Below, one piece after another: positions 22,465 to 33,589 of a stretch of DNA of 64,000 nucleotides. The translations under genes and the position numbers were made by a program. The stretch lies in contig CP000066.1 in the NCBI GenBank assembly GCA_000002445.1, positions 1,088,001 through 1,152,000 of the forward strand, written 5' to 3'. The stretch comes from Trypanosoma brucei. Lineage: Eukaryota. The notes below the pieces were generated by a model. It was not told the origin of the DNA. It saw only the letters and a list, made by a program, of their open reading frames with translations, and made no database searches. Positions within the stretch are counted from its first letter, which is position 1; each line of letters begins with the position of its first letter.

Positions 22465-23598
22465 ATGATGCCGTGCAAGTCATTTCCTCCGTCCTCTAAA
22501 TTATTGAGGCATCGGTCAAGCGAACTTTATAGCCGTGACAATTTATTCATGTGTAACTTATCGGCTGCCGTGGATGAAGCGGTGCTTAAGCAAATCTTTT
22601 CGCCATATGGAGAAATTCTTTCTGCGGCTGTAATGCGAAATATTCATACGGGTGACAGTCTCGGAACGGCTTTTGTGCGTTTCGCCACAACAGAACAGGC
22701 GCGTGCGGCTCTGGTGGGTTGTCATGGGCGAGTGGTTTGTGGCCGTGTGCTGTCGGTTCAATGGGCGAAGAGGCAACACGATGGCACTCCCGTAGGCGAG
22801 GCCCGAAAGAAAATTGTGAAGTTATTCATACGTAACATTCCTTTGGATGTGGGACCTGAAGATGTGCAACGTCTCTTTGAACGTTTCGGTACTGTGGAGA
22901 GCGTATCACTGCACAAAGACACTGCTGCTGCAACTCCCACTACTGACAACAGCCGACCCCAACGCCGCATTGCATTTGTGACATTTACGGAATCTGGTGT
23001 TGCTGATCGTGCAGCTGAGGCTGTACACAACACTCGTCCCTTCCCATCTCATGGTTCCGTCCCATTAATGGTAAAACTTGCAGAAGATCATTCGGAGCGC
23101 CGGCTCGCTGCTGCCGCTGCTGTGGCTGGTGGAGGTTCGGGGCATAACTCCTCATCATTTTGTGTTCCTCAGCCCCGTTTTGTTGGCCGACAGCAGCCAA
23201 AAGTTCTGCGCCCCCCATCGGGCGAACGTTTGCCCGTGCAACCGCTTTGTGTTTTGGGCTCGAAAGGAAGCGGCCCATCACCAATTCTCCGCTCTCCAAA
23301 TATTGTGGCAGCTACGCGAGTTGATGATTTTATGGATATTGCGGTTGGGCGTTGGAAAATGCCGGAACCCCTTTCTACTACAATAAACACATGTTGTACC
23401 GTTATGCCACAGGCTCCGGTTGGAACCAATGGTAAATTTTTTACCGTTTCAGGTAGTGGACTCTGCGCGGCATCGCGATCAGCCATAAGTTGTTCCATAT
23501 GTGAGAGCAAAAAAGGCATGAGGTACACTCATGAACCATACCGAAGCGTTGTGTGTAACCCCACTGGCATTCCGGTGCCGCCTTCACCAGTGGATTAA
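22465..23598 (+). CDS. RNA-binding protein with two RRM domains (paralog C); chimeric, with central 583 bp converted from paralog A
   Basis: The ORF is 377 aa. The N-terminus 'DNLFMCNLSAAVDEAV' is divergent but homologous to RNP2 of paralog A. Residues 34–226 are identical to paralog A. The C-terminal 150 aa are unique. Confidence 0.6.
   Translation: MMPCKSFPPSSKLLRHRSSELYSRDNLFMCNLSAAVDEAVLKQIFSPYGEILSAAVMRNIHTGDSLGTAFVRFATTEQARAALVGCHGRVVCGRVLSVQWAKRQHDGTPVGEARKKIVKLFIRNIPLDVGPEDVQRLFERFGTVESVSLHKDTAAATPTTDNSRPQRRIAFVTFTESGVADRAAEAVHNTRPFPSHGSVPLMVKLAEDHSERRLAAAAAVAGGGSGHNSSSFCVPQPRFVGRQQPKVLRPPSGERLPVQPLCVLGSKGSGPSPILRSPNIVAATRVDDFMDIAVGRWKMPEPLSTTINTCCTVMPQAPVGTNGKFFTVSGSGLCAASRSAISCSICESKKGMRYTHEPYRSVVCNPTGIPVPPSPVD
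22569..23151 (+). repeat. 583-bp segment near-identical to 4387–4969 (gene-conversion tract, copy 2)
   Basis: See the 4387–4969 entry; the offset between the two copies is 18182 bp. Confidence 0.9.
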
Positions 23599-26191
23599 GC
23601 GACGCCTTGCCTACCCTTTGCCTTGCCTTTCTTTGCCTACCCTTTGCCTTGCCTTCCTTCTTTCCTTCTTTCCTTTATTTCGTGTTGTTTTTTTTTGTTT
23701 CTTTTCAAAAAAAAAACAAAGGAAAGTTATGTGGTGATATGATTTGCATTTTTTTTTTCATATATATATATATATATATTGAATAAGTTGTGCCGTTTCT
23801 CTGGCATGCTAGCTCTTTAGTTTATTATTATTATTATTACTGCACCTTCAGCAGCAGTGGATGAAATGAAGGGGAGAGACGGGAGTATTTGCTGATCCGT
23901 TCTTTTTTTTTCATTTTATTATTTTCATTAGTTTTATTATGTTTATTTGGACCATGTGCGTGGGTCTTTATTTATTTCAACGTCGTCTCCTCTCATGATT
24001 TATTCACCACATTTTGTTTGTTTATTTTTATTTTCCCCTCCTCTCCTCCCCTCTCCCGTATTTATTTTATTTGCTTCCAGTATTTCCCTTGAGTCAAGGG
24101 TGAGGTGACAGTCATTAATGACATCAATAATTTCCTCCCACTTGCCTAATGACGTTGAGACGATTCTTTTCGAGTCTCTTTTATTTATTTATTTATTTAT
24201 TTTTTCTCTCTTATTTTTATTTATTTAACTTTATTTATTTAGTTTTATTGCTCTCCGAGTGTTTATTATTGTTAATATCATTTATGACGTTTGATTTATC
24301 CTTTTTATTTTTTATTATTTTTGAATAGAAGGCGACTGAAAATAGGAGGGGGGGGAATTACGAAGTTGAGCGGGGTTTTGTTATATTTGGCCCCTGCAGT
24401 GCTTGAAAAAAGCTCAAAGACAATAACTTCGGCTCCTCCTAATCAAATGAAATGACGCTCTGAATAAATTCCCGTTTATTTTTTGTGTTTATTTATTTTT
24501 TTTATTTGCTTATTTTGTTTGTTTTCTTCAAGGTTATTATTATTATTACTGTTACTATATATATATATATATATATATGATATTTATTTTACGTTTATTT
24601 TTACGTTATTAAAAAAAAAAATATAATGATTCATTCATTTTATTTTTATTTATTTCGTTTAGTTCTGCTTGTGAGTGATTTGTGTATCTGTTAGAGAGGA
24701 TAAATAAAATTAGAGAGAAGAAAAAATAAAATAAAATGAAAAAGAAAATGAAAGGAAAGAGGGAAGAGGAGGAAAATAATAATAATAATTATTATTATTA
24801 TATACAAGTGATGGGACTGGCATATTTTACATAAACCAGTGTGTGTGTATGTATTTTTATCTTGTTAATATTTTAATACGTACGAATTGATTGACAATGA
24901 TGATGAAGGAGGGAAATAAATAAATAAATAAATAATTGAAACAAAATCGAGCCGAAAGGGAAAATGCAGAGGTGACAACAACAATAACAAAAACTGGTAG
25001 CAAAGCTAATATGAATGTCAATGAAAATAATGACAATAATAATAGTAATAATGACAATTATATAATATTAATAATGACAATACCGAAAAAGGTATTACTT
25101 TTGTTTTTGTTTCTATTTACCCTTTCCTCCCTCCTCTTCCCTCCTCTTTTCTTTTACCCATCAGCCGAAGTGTTTGTATTTTTTTTTCCTGTTTATTATT
25201 ATTATTTATTATTATTGTTGTTATTATTGTTGCGGGTTTTTGTTACTGTTTTTGCTACTAATGTTGAGCTGTTCCTCATTTCCTTTCCTTCTTTCTTGTT
25301 TGTTTGTTTAAGTTTCATTATTATTATTATTTATTTATTTTTTTAAAGGAAAACTCTCTTGTTTTAATGAGAAGTGAAATGCGATCACATAAATCAATAA
25401 ATGGATGAATTAAAAGAAAAGAAAAGAAAAAAAATGCCTGATTTTGCGTGAACTTAATCTCTCCACATTTATTTATTTCTTGTGTTGTTTATCTTATTCT
25501 TTACGTAATGCAGTTTTAATGGAGCAATGGTGAGGAGATGACACACAAATATATACAGAATCAAAGTCCCGAAGCAAAAGAGAAGGAGAGAGAGGAAAAA
25601 AAAACGGTAAGATATTTAAGATGACGGTAGATTTTTTTTTTAAAAAAAAGGAGAGATAAAAGGAAATAACAAAAGAAGTGAAGTGTCAACATAAAAAAAA
25701 AAAAGAAAAGAGAAAGGAAGAAAGAGAACAGCAAAGAAATGAGGAAAAAGAAATATATAAACACATAAATGGTGAAAATGACATTTCATCCCTTTTTTTG
25801 GTGATGCTCATATTTCTTCACTGGAGCTATCAGCGATACTTCCGGCACCAAAAAAGAAAAAAAAAATAAGAATTTGTTTTGACTTCATAGCATAATGTTT
25901 GTTTGTCTTTTTTTCTATCCATATCTTCTCATTGATTTTTGTTAATTAAATGGTAGCGTCATATTTAGCGTCTCATTTTGGTGGTTGTTGTTGCTGTTGT
26001 TGTTCAAGCCGCGTGTTAGGCGCATTATTATTATTATTACAACTAGTCCTTAGTCACAAACAGAAATACGCACACGCATATATATATATATATATTGTGG
26101 GTTTTTTTTACTTTGTGTTAAACAATAAATAAATAAATAAATAAAAAACGCATTTAGTTGCTTAGCGCACTTTATAGGACACATCCGTTCA

Positions 26192-27085
26192 ATGGTTTCC
26201 TTCACTTGTAGCGTCTGTCAAGACGTTGTGAAAAAACCCAAAGTTGCGGGTCACGGGAATATGTGCCGCGGCGCCTCTTTTGCGTGTGTGGATTGCATGG
26301 AAGTGTTTGACATTCACACTGTTAAGGGCCACACTTCATGTGTAACGGAGGTTGAAAAATATCAGGGAAAATGGCGGCGCAACACTTCAGGTGGATTTCA
26401 GCCGCAGCAACAACAAAACCAAAAACTTAATGGACATCAAAAATCTGCTAATGATAGTGATGATGAAAACCACTACGGTAATGGTAAAAGCGATAGTAAA
26501 GGATACATCAATGGTAATAATGCGGGAAGGAATGGTGCAGATAAGAAAATGCGACGGCCCGCCATGCAGCTAAGCAGCGATTCAGACGACGATGACGACT
26601 CGTGGGTAAAACAAAAGAAGAAAACTTCCAATAAGGCGGGAGAAGCAGAAAAAACAACTCAATCAACAGATGCATCATCATCATTATCATCATCATCCGT
26701 AGTGGCAGCGAAGGCGGTATCAAATGTTTTAATTACCGCTGCGACGGTTTATGAAGCGGAAGGCGCTGAAGTGCGGCGGGGGAAACGACATCGGTTAGAA
26801 CCATTAGTGCTACCGCGTTCCGTGTGCTCGACGGAGGCATCCGATTGCGTTGTTCCAAGTTTTGTATTGGGAAGTGATGATGAGGTGACAAAAGTGGTGC
26901 GGTGGGTTCTTGAAGATGCGGCACCGGCAACACTCAACATGAAAGAACTCGCACGGAAACTTGTGGAATGTTATGAGGCCCGGCTCGCACGGAAGTTGCG
27001 ATGTGTTGTGGAGTCACTCATACGCCGGGGGAAACTCCGCCTTGAGGAGGGTGTGGTAATGATGCGAGATGAAGAGGCGGGATAA
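26192..27085 (+). CDS. LYAR: LYAR-type C2HC zinc-finger protein (cell growth-regulating nucleolar protein-like)
   Basis: The N-terminus 'MVSFTCSVCQDVVKKPKVAGHGNMCRGASFACVDCMEVFDIHTVKGHTSCVTEVEKYQGKW' follows the human LYAR pattern 'MVFFTCNACGESVKKIQVEKHVSVCRNCECLSCIDCGKDF..YKNHVKCISEDQKYGGK'. The middle of the protein is acidic and Ser-rich. Confidence 0.8.
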   Translation: MVSFTCSVCQDVVKKPKVAGHGNMCRGASFACVDCMEVFDIHTVKGHTSCVTEVEKYQGKWRRNTSGGFQPQQQQNQKLNGHQKSANDSDDENHYGNGKSDSKGYINGNNAGRNGADKKMRRPAMQLSSDSDDDDDSWVKQKKKTSNKAGEAEKTTQSTDASSSLSSSSVVAAKAVSNVLITAATVYEAEGAEVRRGKRHRLEPLVLPRSVCSTEASDCVVPSFVLGSDDEVTKVVRWVLEDAAPATLNMKELARKLVECYEARLARKLRCVVESLIRRGKLRLEEGVVMMRDEEAG

Positions 27086-28801
27086 CAATGTGTGTAACAG
27101 TTGTAATTGTAACTATTGTAATTGTAATTGTAACTGTTGTTATTGTTATTGTTTTTACAGGAGAAAAGGAAGTAGGAGTTAAAAATAAGGGGGTTAATAC
27201 ATAACATGTGTGAGAGATTGCAGAGGAGGAGGAGGAGGAGGAGGAATTAAAATAAAATAAAGATAAGAAGAAGAAAAATGAAGAAAGTAATAACGGTCAC
27301 AAGGGCGGCAGGAGAGGAAGGAAGAGTTAAGGAAGAAAAATAAGTGCTCGTTTAGTGAACTTAATAACTTTTGACTCAGGAAAGTTAACGGAATGAGGAC
27401 GGGTCTTATTCTTTGTCGTTTTTTTCTTTTCGTTCGTCTTATTGTCCTCGTTTCGCCGTCTACGGCTTCGGCATGCTTCTTTAGCATCAGTTCTACACTT
27501 ACAGTTCTCTTGTTGTTTTGGATCCTCTTGTTTTTCAAAACGGGAGATAAAGGTGAGAGATGACAACATAAAACAAAAAAAAGAAGTATATGAAAAAAAC
27601 AGTAATAATATTAATATTATTAAAGATGTTAGTGAAAACAACGATATCAAAATAAGGGGGACCCAGACGAAAATAATTGAGATAAGCCCATTTCTTTTTT
27701 TTTTTTTACTCGCGTGGGGAATGCGGCCTTGCGGGTTCACATGAATTCGGATCTCTATTATTATTGTGATGATGATGATGATGATATTGCGTTAGTTGGG
27801 CATATTTTCTGCGTTTGCATGTCTGTATTTTCCTTCATGCTGTCGCTTCGCTTAATCCTCTCATGTATCATTTGTTTCTTTTTTTTTGTTGTTGTTGCTC
27901 TACTGTTGACATAATTTACTGTCGTCACTTGTCATTTTATTTCTTTATTTCCTCGATCTTACTTCTTCATTCGGTAGCGTAGTTACGCCTCAATTCGATG
28001 TTCCGCCCGTTTTAAATGGAAGACGCCGCATGCGCATGTACATGTTATTATACATGTTATTATACATATTAATGTATATATTAATGTATATATTAGTGTA
28101 TATATATATATATGTCACAGTGTGCCATACGTTGTTTTAAACACGATGGAGAATCCCTCTCTTCCTCCTCCTCTTTATTTTACGGGTGAATATAAATAAA
28201 TGTTGGTGGAGATAAATATTCCTTCTCATTTGCACAGTGTGTGTTTGCCAGCACCGACTGATGTATTTCGGGTTCGTGTGTCGTTTAGGGATGCTTTTGT
28301 TGGGTTCTTCCGGTAAAGGGGAAGAAAAGTACACGACATCATTTCGTTTTATTGTGTTTGGGAATGAATCACTAAACAAATGCATCGCGCAAGGCTGCTG
28401 AGGCCAGGAGTTGCAGTTCGCACACGAACACAAACATTTGCGTATATATATATATATTCCTTTTTTCTCTTTCTCTCTCCCTTTTCTCTTTCCCAATTCC
28501 CAGTTTAGTGTAAAGTGAGTGCGTGAAAGCATTCAGGCGTGGTAACAACAGCAATTGGTTCCGGTTGACACGGCCAACCATCACCAACTCAACCCACCAT
28601 AGCGGAGCATAAACGAAAACGTGCCCCGCCGTATTTGTACAGTGGCGAGTTGTGGTGTTGGTAACAAAAACAGAGGGAAGCGTTTTATTTTTCTTCGCTG
28701 TCTCAACTCATTTGCCATAAGGCTCCCTCCCCCCCCTCAAAAAGTAAAAATAAAAAAATAAAACCGTGCTCTCGTAGTGGTGGGGGCATTGTTGGATTCT
28801 A

Positions 28802-30163
28802 ATGAAGTGCTGGTCTCCGCATTCTGTACGGAAGAATCTTGCAAAACACCTGCGGGATCTTAAGGAGGATTCGGACGCCCCGCCAGCACTCCGCTGCCTC
28901 GCAGCGGAAAGCAGTTGGGACAGTATTGATGCATTTGGTGATACCTGCAATGAAGGAAGTGGTGCAACTTGGGGCTATTCCGAGCTGGAGTTTAGTGGGG
29001 GAGAAATTGATGAGGCGATCCGAGAGGAAGTGTCCTCGCGACAATCGTCATTAACTCCGGTTGGAACCAAAAGGGAGCTTTGTATTGGTGACAGTGCGGA
29101 AGAAGTATCTGGGTTCATACGGACACTCAGTTCAGGGTCACCGGTAGGCCGTTCTGTGAAGGGTGGCGGTGGGCGTAAAGTTAGTTGCACCCCAAAGGGA
29201 CGGTTTATGAACCACGACGGTGCTAGGGCTTTATCTGTTTTACTTCCCCTTACGGGTTTAAGACATCATCCAACGTTTCCTGTAGATCCGTCGCTTAGTT
29301 GCAGTCAGGTGCGCAAGTCGGGTGGGAATAAGTTCAAGTCTGCGCCGTTGCTACTGTGTGACAACAAACAAAGGAAACCAATTTCTAGCCGTCAACCAAA
29401 GGGTTCTTTTCGGAATCATCGGGCACATCTGCACCAACCACTTGCATCGCTGCAGCCCGAATCGTTCTTTGCTTCCTACCCTTGCGGTAGGTTGCATCAC
29501 CTCGTTAGAAATCCAAAAGTCAAACAGTTTGTGGCATATAGAAGCGGCAACGGCAACAGCGACGTGTCGAACTTTGCTCTGGACGCCACGGTGACACGCC
29601 GTTCCCGCCGCCAGAGAGTAAATGAGCATTTGTTCGTGGATGGAGAAGTGAAACCCCACCCGCGTAGCCGGACACACTCCAAACATTTATCCGAGTCCCT
29701 CCTAACCCCTACCGCCAGCGCGCCTATTTTGGAGCTTTTGGCCCCGCGGAAAACGCCGCACAGAAATGCGGGTGAAGGCGTACGTGGGGGAACGCTAAGT
29801 GTTCGTAGTCAGTTCGACTATTGCTTCAGCCCGGGAGGAACCTCACGGAGCTCAAACAACAATCGCATCATCCGCCAGGGTTCTGCGGAATGGTTCGAGC
29901 GCGCCTCTGGTGGGCAAAACAGTCAATCGAATTTGTATTGGAGGCATGCAACTCGCGTGCGTGCCGCCCTCACAATGCGAGGTATGGGAGATGGCGGTGA
30001 TGCGGGTGCGGCGCTATCGCAAGAATGCGGCAGTCCAGTCAGTTCATTATGGGCGAGCACAACTTTCACAATTGATATGCGGCCTTCCCTGTGCGATGCG
30101 CCTTTAGACATCCTCATGACATCATCCGCAACAACAGGCAGTCCATACACCACCATTGGGTAA
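28802..30163 (+). CDS. hypothetical protein, Ser/Arg-rich, no recognisable domain
   Basis: The 453-aa ORF lies on the same strand as its neighbours. A pyrimidine tract ('ctccctcccccccctc...') sits upstream. The sequence is low-complexity with no motif I recognise. Confidence 0.4.
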   Translation: MKCWSPHSVRKNLAKHLRDLKEDSDAPPALRCLAAESSWDSIDAFGDTCNEGSGATWGYSELEFSGGEIDEAIREEVSSRQSSLTPVGTKRELCIGDSAEEVSGFIRTLSSGSPVGRSVKGGGGRKVSCTPKGRFMNHDGARALSVLLPLTGLRHHPTFPVDPSLSCSQVRKSGGNKFKSAPLLLCDNKQRKPISSRQPKGSFRNHRAHLHQPLASLQPESFFASYPCGRLHHLVRNPKVKQFVAYRSGNGNSDVSNFALDATVTRRSRRQRVNEHLFVDGEVKPHPRSRTHSKHLSESLLTPTASAPILELLAPRKTPHRNAGEGVRGGTLSVRSQFDYCFSPGGTSRSSNNNRIIRQGSAEWFERASGGQNSQSNLYWRHATRVRAALTMRGMGDGGDAGAALSQECGSPVSSLWASTTFTIDMRPSLCDAPLDILMTSSATTGSPYTTIG

Positions 30164-31193
30164 CTTTTGTGTGCAAGTCTTCCCTTTTGTTGACCATTTT
30201 TTCCATTTTCGTTTCTCCTCTTTTCTTTTCTTTTTATTTCCGTTTTCGTTCTATTTCCGGTTGGAAGGATACGGAGTTGTGCTGGTGAGCACCGAAACGC
30301 TATTTTAAATATCAACTGTTTGCTCTCTTCTCTCCCCTTTGCTTGTTCGAGGTGCTGAGATTGCTTCTTTCCACTTTATGATTGCTTATTTCGCGTGGCT
30401 GCGAGTTACGCTGCGGGACTACTGTGCAATGTACCGGAAGGTGCCTCGTGCATGGGCGTCGAAGGCAGTACGCGGTTATAAACATATGCAATAACATACA
30501 ATAATATACATTAATATGTATACAATATATATATTAATCCAAGTATATGTACAAGTATGCGAATAAAAAAGTATATTACATAAACAAGAGCGGAAGGCGG
30601 GTGTTTACGGATGTAGCAGCACACATGCTTGCATACACTGAGAACCCCGCGGTGTAAGTTCTTCGCTTCGCTTTTCAACATTTTTTTCCCCCCTGAAACC
30701 CGACCGTTGTGTTTCGTTTTTCTTTTTTTTTTTTCGCCTCATCGTCGTGGTGGTGGGTGTGGGCTCATTTGTTGTGTGCGCGTTATTGTGTTTAAAAGGG
30801 GGGGGGGTGCGTACCACGCTGTTGAAATACTTTTAGTGCTGCCGCGGCCCTTGCGGGGAGATAAACAGAGGAAAGGCGTGAGGAATATATATATATATAT
30901 ATATATTTCTGTAGTTTTGGAAACGCTGGAGAGCTCTCGTTTTTTTTTGGGGGGGGGGGAGGTCGGGGAAGGGGGCGTTTTCGCCTCCCGCCACTCATGC
31001 GGAGATGGTGTGCTACCGGCATTGCATAAACTCGTGAATACTGCCATTTATTTATTTCATTAGTTTCTCTTTATATTTCTTCTGTTTCTTCGCCATGTAG
31101 TTTTTTTTTTTTGGAATATATATATATATATATATTTATTTATTTATTTATTTATATATTCCTTTCCAGAAAGGAGTAGTTGGTAGGGGATAT

Positions 31194-32510
31194 ATGACTC
31201 CTGTATTTGGTACCGCTGCTTTCTTTTGTAGGTTGCGGTCCTCGTCTCTGCGACGATTTTGCCTCAATCATCAACGCAGGGCTCGCAGTAGCGGCAGTTC
31301 AATTGGTATTGCTCATGAAGTTACTTCACTTCACCCATATGGTTGCAGCAACAATGTTGTTGGTTCTACACGGGTTTGGAATGAAACGGAGAATTGGTGC
31401 AGTCTTTGCTTGGAGCCACTTAACAGTTGGAGCGAGCACCGCGGGAAGCGCGATCACATTTGTTTGGAGATGTTTTATAATGCGATAACTCAATACGGGC
31501 GCCGCTGGTCACCATCGACATTATGGTGGGAAGTGGAGGAATGCACTTTGCTGCGTCGCCATGCTTCTCCGCGACTTGTGTTGGATGGTGGCGAGGGTTT
31601 TTTTAGTGGTTGTATTTTGGATTATGTACGCGACTCAACTGGAAAGAGGGGAGGTCTTAGTCTTTTGATGGATTATTACGATCGAATGGAGCATTACAAG
31701 CGGCGTTTGGAGCTCTACGCTTGCATTCAACATTTGATTGACAATGGTATCGTGCGCACCGATCGGGGTTCGCTGGGCGGCGGCGCGTCATTCCACGGTT
31801 CTCTCGTGACATTCAAGGAATTATTTCCAAATTTAGTAAATATGTTTCCATTTGCGGACGCAAAGGAGATCTCCGCCTTAACACAAATGATAGCCTCGAC
31901 GTATAACGGTGAAACGGTATTCGACTTGTGTAACTTCCAGGGGTTGCTTCCAGCGGGTCAAGGAGGAGGCGATACAACAGGAGGAAAAGGCAATACTTCA
32001 GGATGCGGAAACTCGCAGCAGCGACTGGCATTCAACGCCGAACAAAAGGGAAGTGAAGATTCGTCCGTTACCGCATCTGCTGAGGGGGTTTATTCATATC
32101 ATTGGAAAGGAATGTTTTGTCGCGGCGTGATGGGTCAATTACGATGGGCATTGGAGTGTGATAGCGTTGCCTGCCCACTGAAACGTGCCGATGGCTCCAA
32201 GCACGTTTGCGACCCCTATTGGCAAGTTCTTTCGGAATACACCTGTCGGGCCCTCCTTGCGGAAATGGTTTTTTGTCGTGTTTCGGAGTATATCGTGCGC
32301 GTTGAGGGTGTTTGGAGAAAATGTGGTCAGGAATTGGCGAACAAACATGTGTCGCATGGGAGTCAAAAGGAAGAAGAGGAGAGGGCGCATCCGCCGCGCA
32401 CGTCGAATTGGGGTTACATACGATACATGGGGGATCATTTGTATGATGACATGTTTGGGGGAAACTTGCCAAATGAAGGGGCTCCGAAGAGATTGTCTTT
32501 GATGAGGTGA
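31194..32510 (+). CDS. hypothetical protein with possible U1/matrin-type C2H2 zinc finger
   Basis: The 438-aa ORF has an Arg-rich N-terminus. 'CSLCLEPLNSWSEHRGKRDHIC' fits the C-x2-C-x9-H-x5-H pattern of matrin/U1-like zinc fingers. I recognise nothing else in it. Confidence 0.5.
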   Translation: MTPVFGTAAFFCRLRSSSLRRFCLNHQRRARSSGSSIGIAHEVTSLHPYGCSNNVVGSTRVWNETENWCSLCLEPLNSWSEHRGKRDHICLEMFYNAITQYGRRWSPSTLWWEVEECTLLRRHASPRLVLDGGEGFFSGCILDYVRDSTGKRGGLSLLMDYYDRMEHYKRRLELYACIQHLIDNGIVRTDRGSLGGGASFHGSLVTFKELFPNLVNMFPFADAKEISALTQMIASTYNGETVFDLCNFQGLLPAGQGGGDTTGGKGNTSGCGNSQQRLAFNAEQKGSEDSSVTASAEGVYSYHWKGMFCRGVMGQLRWALECDSVACPLKRADGSKHVCDPYWQVLSEYTCRALLAEMVFCRVSEYIVRVEGVWRKCGQELANKHVSHGSQKEEEERAHPPRTSNWGYIRYMGDHLYDDMFGGNLPNEGAPKRLSLMR

Positions 32511-33109
32511 GGTAAAAAACAAGCGAACAAACAAAAAGTAAAACCATGGGCAAAAAGAAAAAGAAAAGAAAAGGGTCCTGTTTTTGCTCTCTTTGTTGTT
32601 TATATCTGTGTGTTTGGGTTTTCTGTGGGGTTTCAACTGGGCTTCCCGAGTGATGCCGTGCCATACGTTTTTTTTTCTGCTGCCTGTTCGGCCCTGCCCA
32701 TTTGTTTTTTTTTTTGCAATTCGAACCGTACAGTGGGAGAATGTGTCACTTCCGTATATGTTGGAGTTGCCTCTTCTAGCGTGATGTAGTTGGTTTTGTA
32801 ACTGTGTGAATGCGCGCTTTTGAAACCGTAAACCGCTACCAAGCATATGCACATGCGTGTACAATTCCATTCGGTCTTTTTTGTTTCCATTTCTGATCCC
32901 AAAACGACGACTTCACTTATATTTTCCATCCCCCTTCTGACTTTTCCCTTTCCTTTTCCCTTTCCTTCCCCCCCCCAAAAAAATTAACCGAAAAAAAACA
33001 AAAAAAAAAGTTCTAAAAAGAAGGTGTGACGAAGGAAGGAGGTAAACCAGAAGCATATATTAAACTTGCGGTGGCCGCGCGTGCCAATTCCATCCATAAC
33101 GTCATTGGC

Positions 33110-33589
33110 ATGATAAGATATCTTTTGCTTATAAGTCGCCAAGGCAAAGTACGGTTGGCGAAGTGGTACGTTTCCATACCGAACAAAGAAAAAACTCGAA
33201 TTGTTCGTGAACTTTGCCAAACCGCTTTGGGTCGTTCCGCCCGTTTCTCCAACGTGTTGGAGCTCCGCGGCTCCAAATATGTTTGCCAGCGGTATGCGTC
33301 TCTTTATTTTATTGCCTGCATTGACAAGCAAGACAATGAATTGGCAATTTTGGAGATGATTCACCACTTCGTAGAGCTATTGGACCGATACTTTGGCAAT
33401 GTTTGCGAGCTGGACCTTATCTTCAACTTCCACCGGGCATATTTTGTGCTTGACGAAGTTATTTTGGGAGGGGAATTGGAAGACACAAGTAAGAAATCAA
33501 TATTACGGCAGATTGAAATGCACGAGGCGGCAGCGGAGGACACGGAATTATCCAGAGGATCCGGCACAAATTCCTCAAAGGCACGCTAA
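33110..33589 (+). CDS. adaptor-protein complex sigma (small) subunit, AP-1 sigma-like
   Basis: The track ORF starts at 33026, and the conserved start is 'MIRYLLLISRQGKVRLAKWY' at 33110. 'YASLYFIACIDKQDNELAILEMIHHFVELLDRYFGNVCELDLIFNFHRAYFVLDE' is almost identical to AP-1 sigma consensus blocks. Confidence 0.85.
   Translation: MIRYLLLISRQGKVRLAKWYVSIPNKEKTRIVRELCQTALGRSARFSNVLELRGSKYVCQRYASLYFIACIDKQDNELAILEMIHHFVELLDRYFGNVCELDLIFNFHRAYFVLDEVILGGELEDTSKKSILRQIEMHEAAAEDTELSRGSGTNSSKAR

Noticed and set aside
28802-30163. Whether the 453-aa Ser/Arg-rich ORF is real
   Set aside because: I did not reject it outright and kept it as a low-confidence CDS. It has no homology I can recognise and a plus-strand ORF overlaps it at 29322–29594, but its length, strand and upstream pyrimidine tract favour a gene.
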